Assembly (NCBI GenBank): GCA_943357285.1
Contig: CALRGJ010000003.1
Location: 2,013 to 66,012 of the forward strand
DNA: 64,000 nucleotides
From: Candidatus Peribacteria bacterium
GTDB lineage: Bacteria; Patescibacteriota; Gracilibacteria; UBA1369; LOWO2-01-FULL-3
Reading direction: 5' to 3'
In this document: piece by piece, positions 49,368 to 59,405 of the stretch
How the letters are laid out: every line of letters starts with the position of its first letter
How positions within the stretch are numbered: position 1 is the first letter of the stretch
The notes under the pieces: model-generated
Databases searched by the model: none
Seen by the model: the letters and a program-made list of their open reading frames with translations, nothing else
Told to the model about the DNA's origin: nothing
Translations under genes and position numbers: made by a program

Positions 49368-50414
49368 TTAAAGTTCTTTTACTTCTCCATTACTGAAGTT
49401 GTATTCAAAGTTGTGTTTATTTTCAAATCCTTGGAATGAAAGGGTGTATTTTAGTATGTTTCTGTTTTGATCGTATCCATTGCATCCAAATACTAAAGAA
49501 CCTGTCTGCTGTAGATTTTTCTCTAATTCAAATGATGGAACAGATGAAATGTTGACCTTTCCTTCATGCATTCCTGATCCAGAGCAGTTGTAGAAGTGCT
49601 TCATGTCATAGGTGAATCCATATAAATCTCTTTGATTATCAATATCATGCACTACTTTCTTTTGCTTGATGTCATATACTTTTCCAGTAGCTGATTCCCA
49701 TCCACTTTTCCAATAGATAAGGTATTCTCCACCAGGAGTTATTTCTACATTATTGAACTCAGAGTTTTTCGTCACATCTTTTTGGTATTTTTTTGCTGTA
49801 TCAATAATTGTTTTTTTACCATTTTCTACGAGGAATAGGGTAGTTGTAGCTCCGTCTTCACCGTATACAAATCTGAGGGCGGGTGATTCATTAGTTGAGG
49901 TGGAAGAGATTGTATTCAAAAGTTTACCTTCAACTTGCATTAATACACGATATTTTTCTATTGAATCGTCTTTGTTGGTCAATTCTACGAGAAAATCATA
50001 TTGATTTGGAGCGACCTCTATAAAATCTAGAAATTTAGTGCTCTTTAGGTTGGTGTACCAGCTTTTGAAAACACTAAAATCCATTTTCTTATACTTTTTC
50101 ATGTCGTATGCTGCTTGGTAATTGCCTTCTGCTAAATTGTTATAATAGAGTGTAATTAGTTCTTGTCCTGCAGAAGTTGTTTTACTTGTTTCGCCTGTTT
50201 TTACTTCTGTAACTTTACCTGGTTCAATTGTTGGTATTCCGTTAATTATTTTTGTTTCTTCTATGCTTTGTGTTTCTACTTTGTTTTCAGTTGCATCTTC
50301 TTTTTCTGATCCGTTCTTGTAGTTCATTGCTGCAAACCAGGTGAGTGCAATTATTCCTAGAATGCCTAGTACTATCAGTACGGCGTTGAGGGCTTTTTTA
50401 CTATTTTGTTCCAT
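49368..50414 (-). CDS. Membrane-anchored hypothetical protein
   Basis: 348 aa. N-terminal TM 'ALNAVLIVLGILGIIALTWFAAM'. No recognisable catalytic motif. Confidence 0.5.
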   Translation of the reverse strand: MEQNSKKALNAVLIVLGILGIIALTWFAAMNYKNGSEKEDATENKVETQSIEETKIINGIPTIEPGKVTEVKTGETSKTTSAGQELITLYYNNLAEGNYQAAYDMKKYKKMDFSVFKSWYTNLKSTKFLDFIEVAPNQYDFLVELTNKDDSIEKYRVLMQVEGKLLNTISSTSTNESPALRFVYGEDGATTTLFLVENGKKTIIDTAKKYQKDVTKNSEFNNVEITPGGEYLIYWKSGWESATGKVYDIKQKKVVHDIDNQRDLYGFTYDMKHFYNCSGSGMHEGKVNISSVPSFELEKNLQQTGSLVFGCNGYDQNRNILKYTLSFQGFENKHNFEYNFSNGEVKEL

Positions 50415-50467
50415 AGTTTGAAATTAAAGATTTAGACTAATTAAGATCTTAGCACAGACCTTTTCAC

Positions 50468-50503
50468 AACAAAAAATAGACTCCCTTGCGGAAAGTCTGT
50501 TTT
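50468..50503 (-). terminator. Terminator hairpin (repeat copy 2) after tRNA-Ala
   Basis: AAAAAATAGACTCCCTTGCGGAAAGTCTGTTTT is about 88 percent identical to the copy at 49308..49342. On the minus strand the hairpin has a GCAA loop and is followed by TTTTTTGTTG. Confidence 0.55.
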
Positions 50504-50507
50504 ATGA

Positions 50508-50584
50508 TGGTGGAGCTGAAGGGAGTCGAACCCTTTACCTCCTCGGTGCAAGCGAGGCGCTCTAGCCAAGTGAGCTACAGCCCC
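50508..50584 (-). tRNA. tRNA-Ala (anticodon TGC), CCA encoded, opposite strand to the rRNA genes
   Basis: The reverse complement folds as acceptor GGGGCTG/CAGCTCC with a G3-U70 pair, anticodon stem-loop CCTCG-CTTGCAC-CGAGG, T-loop TTCGACT. Confidence 0.92.
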
Positions 50585-50599
50585 ATAAGGAACAGCGGT

Positions 50600-50628
50600 A
50601 TATTACGGAAACTGTCTTTTCTTTGCAA
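50600..50628 (-). promoter_or_regulatory. Promoter for tRNA-Ala
   Basis: On the minus strand: TTGCAA (50628-23), 17-nt spacer, TAATAT (50605-00), 15 nt upstream of the tRNA 5' end. Confidence 0.5.
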
Positions 50629-50647
50629 GATAAAATTGAAAATTTAT

Positions 50648-51508
50648 TTATCTGCTTGTATCTCTTATCTCGTCTTTTTTGTCTTCAATCTTTTCTTCTC
50701 TAATATTTTGTTTTGTTCTCTTGTAAAACTTATCGTCGAATTCTGCGCGTACCTCAGAAATCTCTTCCATAGCTTTTTCTCTCTTTGTCTTTTTTCGAGT
50801 TGTTACTTCTGTTTCTAATTCTGTTTCTACTTTCGTTTCTGCTTTCGTTTCTACTTTCGTTTCTACTTTCTCAGCGGTATTTTCTTCTCTTATGCTAAGA
50901 GTGGTAGTGGTTGGAATTTCTTTCATAAGCTGAATTGGAGTGCTTGATGGTGCAGCCATAGGTAATTCGATCCTAGTTGGTGCTGGATTTCTAGTCTTTT
51001 TTACTGTTTTGACTTCAATCATTTCATCTATCTCTTCTTCAGGTACAGCTAATGCTATAGTGGAAGCTCTTACTATTAGATTGTCTGTTTCTTTAATGGT
51101 TTTTTCGTCTATAACTCCTTTTCTTTCTAGTACGGCTAGTTCGCGCATTCTTCTCTTGGCCATTTTCTTGTAATAGTTTGATTTAGCTTCAGGAGTAGTG
51201 GCAAATGTTTCTTCCACTTTTTCTGTACTAATTTTGAGAGGGTATAGAATGCTTCCATTTGTTACGTTGTCATTGCCGTAAGCATATATGGTAGTTGAGC
51301 TAAAAATCACTAATACAAAAGTAGCTGTGATCTGAGTCTTAAATCTCCAAATTCTTTGGAAGAATGGGATTCTTGGTGTCTCATATTGAGTATGGAAACG
51401 TTCACGCAATTTTACTTTGAGCATTTGTTCAAAGTTTTTATCTGGTTTAGCATCTTGAGAGATACTATTTAAGATTTTTTCTAATTGTTCGTGATTGTTG
51501 GTCTCCAT
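50648..51508 (-). CDS. Anti-sigma-factor-like single-pass membrane protein with (x-E-T-K)n repeat
   Basis: Its start overlaps the ECF sigma gene stop by 1 nt. TM 'ITATFVLVIFSSTTIYAY' at about aa 60. Near the C-terminus 'VETKVETKAETKVETELETEV' is encoded by a 12-bp tandem repeat. Confidence 0.5.
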   Translation of the reverse strand: METNNHEQLEKILNSISQDAKPDKNFEQMLKVKLRERFHTQYETPRIPFFQRIWRFKTQITATFVLVIFSSTTIYAYGNDNVTNGSILYPLKISTEKVEETFATTPEAKSNYYKKMAKRRMRELAVLERKGVIDEKTIKETDNLIVRASTIALAVPEEEIDEMIEVKTVKKTRNPAPTRIELPMAAPSSTPIQLMKEIPTTTTLSIREENTAEKVETKVETKAETKVETELETEVTTRKKTKREKAMEEISEVRAEFDDKFYKRTKQNIREEKIEDKKDEIRDTSR

Positions 51509-52029
51509 TATTCTGATTGATATTTGATTGGTTCGAGTTTTCTTTTTAGGTCTTGTAGAGTTCTATGGATTACTACTCTTATATTGTTTTCGTTGTCCTT
51601 GGTTATTTCGGCTATTTCTTCATATGAGTATCCGGAGAAGTATCTTAGTAGTATTAGTTCTTTCTTGTTGTCGGGTAGGGTTTCTATTGCTTCTTTGATG
51701 ATTTCTTTCTCTATTTCTTCTTGGGCTGCTTGTTTTGTGTCGTTCGGATCTCTTAGTTCATTGGCTAGATCATCTATTGAGCTGCTAGATTTATTCTTAT
51801 TTGAACGGAAGTAGTCGATTAGGTAGTTCTTAGTAATTTGGAATATCCATGATTTAAAGGCACCTTTCTCTCCATTATATTGTTCGAATTTCTCGATTGC
51901 CTTTAGGAATATATCTGAAACAATATCCTCTGCTAACGCCTTGTTTCTGTTCGTTCGCATGTAAACATATCCATAGACTTGTGGCATATGTTCCTCGTAA
52001 TATTTGTTGAATTCTTCGAAGTTTGGCAT
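51508..52029 (-). CDS. ECF-type RNA polymerase sigma-70 family factor
   Basis: Region 2 'ALAEDIVSDIFLKAIEKFEQY...FKSWIFQITKNYLIDYFR'. Region 4 'LRYFSGYSYEEIAEITKDNENNIRVVIHRTLQDLK'. Confidence 0.88.
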   Translation of the reverse strand: MPNFEEFNKYYEEHMPQVYGYVYMRTNRNKALAEDIVSDIFLKAIEKFEQYNGEKGAFKSWIFQITKNYLIDYFRSNKNKSSSSIDDLANELRDPNDTKQAAQEEIEKEIIKEAIETLPDNKKELILLRYFSGYSYEEIAEITKDNENNIRVVIHRTLQDLKRKLEPIKYQSE

Positions 52030-52093
52030 CGGTTACACAGCTAGGTATACTATATAAGTGTTGGAATATTACATCTTTTTAATAAATTTTTAA

Positions 52094-52651
52094 ATGCTTG
52101 AAGTTTTAGTTACATTTGTTTTCACTATTTTGATTGCTTTCACGGTATGGTTTTGGCTTAAGGTAGCCTTTTTAGTACTTCTTGTTGTTATTATTTATCC
52201 CGGTGTTTATGCCATGATTAAGGGCGCTCCATTTGTTCCTAGTATGGATAAGGCTATAAAGGCGATGATTAAATTGGGTAAATTTAAAAAGACGGATAGG
52301 GTAGTGGATATAGGATGTGGAGATGGCAAGGTAATAAGAAAAATTGCTAAAGAAGGAGTAAAGGAGGCGGTAGGATATGAGCTATCTATTCCCACTTTCT
52401 TATTGGCTAGGTTCCGAACTTTCTGGAGTGGGGGAAAGGAAAAGATTCGTTTTGGCAACTTTTGGTATCAAGATCTTTCTAAGTATGATGTGATTGTTTG
52501 CTTCCTATTAATAGAGGCGATGACGAATTTTGAAAAAGATGTTTGGCCAAAATTAGGAAAGGGGACAAGGGTTATATCTAATGCTTTCAAATTAAAGCAT
52601 GTTGAAATTACAGAGGAAAAAGATGGTGTTTATCTTTATATTAAAAAATAA
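52094..52651 (+). CDS. Class I SAM-dependent methyltransferase with N-terminal membrane anchor
   Basis: SAM motif I 'VVDIGCGDGKVIRKIA'. Hydrophobic N-terminus of about 40 aa. Confidence 0.7.
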   Translation: MLEVLVTFVFTILIAFTVWFWLKVAFLVLLVVIIYPGVYAMIKGAPFVPSMDKAIKAMIKLGKFKKTDRVVDIGCGDGKVIRKIAKEGVKEAVGYELSIPTFLLARFRTFWSGGKEKIRFGNFWYQDLSKYDVIVCFLLIEAMTNFEKDVWPKLGKGTRVISNAFKLKHVEITEEKDGVYLYIKK

Positions 52652-52711
52652 ATTGACTCCTGAGGTCCTTTCAAGTAACTTTGTCTTCGCTAATTTGTTT
52701 TATACATTCAA

Positions 52712-52788
52712 GGGCGAGTAGCTCAGGTGGTTAGAGCGCGACACTGATAATGTCGAGGTCGGAGGTTCGAGTCCTCCCTCGCCCACCA
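52712..52788 (+). tRNA. tRNA-Ile (anticodon GAT), CCA encoded
   Basis: Acceptor GGGCGAG/CTCGCCC, anticodon stem-loop CGACA-CTGATAA-TGTCG, T-arm GGAGG-TTCGAGT-CCTCC. Confidence 0.92.
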
Positions 52789-52807
52789 TTTATTTAACCT
52801 CAATTAA

Positions 52808-53053
52808 ATGGATAAGTTTCTAGCGTTAATAATTGGTTGCCCGTTGGGATTCGTTATTATGTATTTTCGCCGTTCCATTAAAGAGTTTATTGGGGAGGTG
52901 GGTTTTGCCGAACAATATTTGGGAGTGGGTGGTACAAATACTTTTGTAGTATTAATGGGGATGTTAGTTTTTATAGGTTCCTTAATGTATGCCTTGGGAA
53001 CTTTCCAGGCACTTTTGGGTGATTCCATCGGTTCGTTCTTTAATAGTAAATAA
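52808..53053 (+). CDS. Small two-helix membrane protein (hypothetical)
   Basis: 81 aa with hydrophobic segments 'FLALIIGCPLGFVIMYF' and 'FVVLMGMLVFIGSLMYALG'. The antisense ORF 52804..53028 is judged spurious. Confidence 0.45.
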   Translation: MDKFLALIIGCPLGFVIMYFRRSIKEFIGEVGFAEQYLGVGGTNTFVVLMGMLVFIGSLMYALGTFQALLGDSIGSFFNSK

Positions 53054-53121
53054 AAGTGCTGCGATTTTTTCGCATATCTAAGCGATTTTGATAGATTATA
53101 GAGTTTTTGTATAAAATGATG

Positions 53122-53150
53122 TTGACATTGTTATCCCTCATAAATATAAT
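53122..53150 (+). promoter_or_regulatory. Consensus sigma70 promoter for the 23S-5S unit
   Basis: TTGACA (53122-27), exactly 17 nt, TATAAT (53145-50), about 220 nt upstream of mature 23S. Confidence 0.75.
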
Positions 53151-53370
53151 GGCGAGGCATTTGGGATTGATAACAGATTGAAAATAAGAAACTTGATGCA
53201 GGAAAAATCAGCTACTTACCCTTTAGGTTCATGACTTTGTCTCTCAAAGTCGTAGCTTAAAGGGTGCGTAGCAATACACACCCTTTTTTGATCCTTGAAA
53301 ACTAGTGGCAATATAAATAAATTTTTTTTACCAATTACTAGTTAAAGTAATTGGTTCTCTGTAATTTCAA

Positions 53371-56370
<3,000 letters not shown>

Positions 56371-56435
56371 TTTTCAGAGAACCTTTATTTTGACTAGTAA
56401 TTAGTGAAAAAAATTTATATTTATAGAAGCCATCA

Positions 56436-56550
56436 TCTTGGTAGTTCTAGAGGCAGGGGTACACCTGTTCCCATCCCGAATACAGCAGTTAAGCCTGCCC
56501 TCGCCGATGTTACTGTGGTTTTCCCACGGGAAAGTAGGGCGCTGCCAAGA
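56436..56550 (+). rRNA. rrf: 5S ribosomal RNA
   Basis: TCTTGGTAG...CCCATCCCGAATACAGCAGTTAAGC...GGGAAAGTAGGGCGCTGCCAAGA. The terminal helix TCTTGG/CCAAGA is extended by flanking complementarity. Confidence 0.92.
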
Positions 56551-56600
56551 TAATGGTTTCTATAATCTGTCGCTAGTTTTCAGGGTTAAACCTGCATAAG

Positions 56601-56629
56601 CTTAGGATTCGTCCTGGGCTTTTTTTTTG
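56601..56629 (+). terminator. Rho-independent terminator of the 23S-5S unit
   Basis: CTTAGGA-TTCG-TCCTGGG (UUCG tetraloop) followed by C and nine T. Confidence 0.75.
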
Positions 56630-56649
56630 TTTTGTGTTAAAACTTTGCT

Positions 56650-57441
56650 ATGAATTTAGAGCATGAAATTAAGCAGAATTTACAGCTCACAATTCTTGGC
56701 TCAGGTACTTTGATACCAACTGTTACACGTCATCCGGCAGGGTATTTATTGGAATACGAGGGAGAGAAGATTCTAATTGATTGTGGTCATACTACGATTG
56801 CGCGATTGGTTGATATGGGTGTGGATCTTCATTCTATTAACACGCTTTTTATTTCCCATTTTCATACAGATCATTTTGCTGATGCTTTTCCTTTTATGCA
56901 TGCGAGATGGGTAGATGACTTGTATAAGCCGGAAAGTGAGCGTCAGAAGAAGCCTCTTTTGGTAATTGGACCAAAGACTCTAGAAGAGCGTTGGAATAAA
57001 TTGAAAGAAGTTTTTTGGCCGGAACCGAAGGAAAATTATGGAATAAAATTTCTAGAGGGTAAGCAGACTATAGAGATTAGTGATTTGAAAATTGAGCTTT
57101 TTGACGTGGTGCACGTGCCATGGTTTCCGTCAGTCGGAATAAAAATTACTCATAATGGAAAAACTTTTGTTTATACCGGAGACATTGGTAGTAATCATCT
57201 GCTTGAGGATTTGAAAGCTAAGGTGGCAGACGTCGACGTTCTTTTAATAGAATGTGGAACTATGAAACCGTCTCCATCACATTTTACAATTGAACAAGTA
57301 ATGGAATTAGTGGATACTGCAAAGGTGAAAAAGGCTTATGTTACACATCTTCGTGTGGAGAATGAGTCTTTGATCCAAGAGAAAATTGGTTCAAGAAAAG
57401 ATATAGTGATAGCTCAAGATAATATGAAAATTTTAATTTAA
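56650..57441 (+). CDS. MBL-fold metallo-hydrolase (RNase Z/BN-like)
   Basis: 'ILIDCGHTT' and 'ISHFHTDHFAD' (HxHxDH motif). 263 aa. Confidence 0.75.
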   Translation: MNLEHEIKQNLQLTILGSGTLIPTVTRHPAGYLLEYEGEKILIDCGHTTIARLVDMGVDLHSINTLFISHFHTDHFADAFPFMHARWVDDLYKPESERQKKPLLVIGPKTLEERWNKLKEVFWPEPKENYGIKFLEGKQTIEISDLKIELFDVVHVPWFPSVGIKITHNGKTFVYTGDIGSNHLLEDLKAKVADVDVLLIECGTMKPSPSHFTIEQVMELVDTAKVKKAYVTHLRVENESLIQEKIGSRKDIVIAQDNMKILI

Positions 57442-57444
57442 TTT

Positions 57445-58032
57445 ATGCGTACAGTTTTTATTTTTCATGGCGTGGAGGGAAATCCGGAAGAGAATTGGTT
57501 TCCGTGGTTGAAGAAGGAATTGCAGTACAAAAAATGTAATGTGATAGTGCCACAGTTTCCTACGCCTAAAAAACAAACTTTAGAAAATTGGCTGGAAACT
57601 TTTGAGCAATATGCTGATCAAGTTCAGGAAGATTCTATTTTTATTGGGCATAGTTTGGGTGGTCTTTTTATGTTGTCACTTTTAGAGAAATATAAGATCA
57701 AATTAGCTGTTTTCGTGGCAAGTTTTGCTAAACTTCCTGGCGGTAAATTTGATGAAGGAATGAAAACTTTTGTGTCGCCGGAAAGATTAGAATTTGATTG
57801 GCGTAAAATTACCGATAACTGTCATAAGTCCATGGTGTTCTATGGAGACAATGATCCTTATGTCGGATTTGGAACTGCTCAGCAATTAGCAAGAAATATG
57901 CACGCTAAATTTCATTTAATGAAAGGAGCCGGACATATAAATGCTAGCTCTGGTTTTACAAAATTTACTTTACTTCTTGATGAGCTGAAACCGTTTCTTT
58001 TGCCTCCACAACAGCCTGTTCGTCAGTTGTAA
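57445..58032 (+). CDS. Alpha/beta serine hydrolase, YdeN/RBBP9 family
   Basis: 'VFIFHGVEGNPEENWFPWL', nucleophile elbow 'IGHSLGG', C-terminal 'GAGHIN'. Confidence 0.7.
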   Translation: MRTVFIFHGVEGNPEENWFPWLKKELQYKKCNVIVPQFPTPKKQTLENWLETFEQYADQVQEDSIFIGHSLGGLFMLSLLEKYKIKLAVFVASFAKLPGGKFDEGMKTFVSPERLEFDWRKITDNCHKSMVFYGDNDPYVGFGTAQQLARNMHAKFHLMKGAGHINASSGFTKFTLLLDELKPFLLPPQQPVRQL

Positions 58033-58738
58033 TTGCAGTATTCATGAGATCCTTTAGTTTCTGGCTTCTAGAAGTCATTGGATTGTAACTTTCATAGTAG
58101 AGCTCTATGAGTGAAGTTGTATCCATTTGTTCAACTTTTAGACCGCAGTTTTCGAGACCGGCTTGAATTACATTTACTCTTTGAAGTAATCCTTTTTTTA
58201 GATTATTAAATTCTGAACGACGCTGTTTGATGTCGGCATAACTATCTTTAGGAGCGAGTCTTTCAAAGAATGAGAAAAATTTCTTTGTTGAATCTGCAGT
58301 TTGGGTTCTACCTGGATCGTATGGAACTACTACATAGAATTCTTTTTCCATAATGTCGGCATACTCTACCAGACGTTTAATGTATTGAGCGTATTCCATA
58401 GTCTGTTCCTGTAGAAGTTTGTTTGTTTGTTTTTCGCCAATTTTTTTCACTCCATCGATATAGTCATCAATATCCAATTTTTTTGAGCGAATAAGAATTT
58501 GAATAGGGAATTCTAGTGAGTTTAAAAAACTTTGATAAGCATAGACGATTGAGTTCTGTTCTTGTTCAGATTTTAAATTGAAATTTATTGAAGAAGTCTT
58601 GAGTACTGCACGCATACCGCCGTTCTTGAGCACGACTACATTCTCACGAATTTCGGCAATTCTGATGTGAGCTTGAGTGCTATTCATCTGATTATCTCTG
58701 TCTTTTTGTCCCGGTGAAATGAAGTCTAGGAATCCCAT
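57965..58738 (-). CDS. Hypothetical protein resembling a stand-alone VirB4 N-terminal domain (no ATPase motifs)
   Basis: 257 aa. The pattern 'IRIAEIRENVVVLKNGGMRAVLKTSSINFNLKSEQEQNSIVYAYQSFLNSLEFPIQILIRS' is typical of the N-domain of Gram-positive-type VirB4/PrgJ proteins. It follows a PrgI-like gene and has no Walker motifs. Confidence 0.35.
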   Translation of the reverse strand: MGFLDFISPGQKDRDNQMNSTQAHIRIAEIRENVVVLKNGGMRAVLKTSSINFNLKSEQEQNSIVYAYQSFLNSLEFPIQILIRSKKLDIDDYIDGVKKIGEKQTNKLLQEQTMEYAQYIKRLVEYADIMEKEFYVVVPYDPGRTQTADSTKKFFSFFERLAPKDSYADIKQRRSEFNNLKKGLLQRVNVIQAGLENCGLKVEQMDTTSLIELYYESYNPMTSRSQKLKDLMNTAITTDEQAVVEAKETVSAHQEVK

Positions 58739-58750
58739 AAGGTGTTTGTT

Positions 58751-59275
58751 TTAAATGATTGGCGACTTTGTCGCCTGATAGTTTTGATTTATTAATTGTT
58801 TCAATCCTTCTTTTTTTTCTTGGCTTGAAAGTTCTTTTGTTTTTTCTGTATTGTCTGCGCCTCCTTGGGTGTCTAATACTTCAGTAAGTTCTGCGAGACT
58901 CTTTTTCTTTTTCAAATCTTTTTTAGGTTGAGCTTTTTCCACTTTCTTTTTTGAATCGTCGAATGGTGGAATAAATGGTTTGCCGGCCCCTTGAATCCAA
59001 CTTCTTTTTCTAGGAAGCATATGATATTCAATGAAGTGCATTAAGAATTCATCGAAAGGTAAATTGTGAACTGTAAGAAATGCAAAAGCCAAAGTGATGG
59101 CGGAAATAATTACTACAGGTGGAAGCCAAACTTCCATGAAATATGTTTTTGATAATTGAATGTAGAGGGCATAAGCAATTCCTCCGCCAATGCCAAGAAT
59201 GATCAATTGCTGGATTGTTAGTGTCCAGATAATTGTATCTTTACGTTGTACGTCTTGTGGGACTTTGAACTGCAT
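58751..59275 (-). CDS. PrgI/VirB3-like small membrane protein
   Basis: 'MQFKVPQDVQRKDTIIWTLTIQQLIILGIGGGIAYALY' matches the PrgI-family N-terminus. Two TM helices and a Lys-rich tail. Confidence 0.5.
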   Translation of the reverse strand: MQFKVPQDVQRKDTIIWTLTIQQLIILGIGGGIAYALYIQLSKTYFMEVWLPPVVIISAITLAFAFLTVHNLPFDEFLMHFIEYHMLPRKRSWIQGAGKPFIPPFDDSKKKVEKAQPKKDLKKKKSLAELTEVLDTQGGADNTEKTKELSSQEKKEGLKQLINQNYQATKSPII

Positions 59276-59405
59276 TAGGTTTCTTTTAAATTTATCTGAT
59301 TATTATACCAAAATTTGGACGAAATTACAATACTGCTTTCATAGCTTACTGAGTGAGCGCTTTCTCCTTTTGCTCTTGGGTGCTTTTTGGTAGAATTGGC
59401 GCACT

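Noticed and set aside
50486-50818. 110-aa plus-strand ORF overlapping tRNA-Ala and the anti-sigma-like gene.
   Set aside because: It runs antisense through a tRNA gene and a better-supported minus-strand ORF, and its translation is low-complexity Phe/Leu/Ser.
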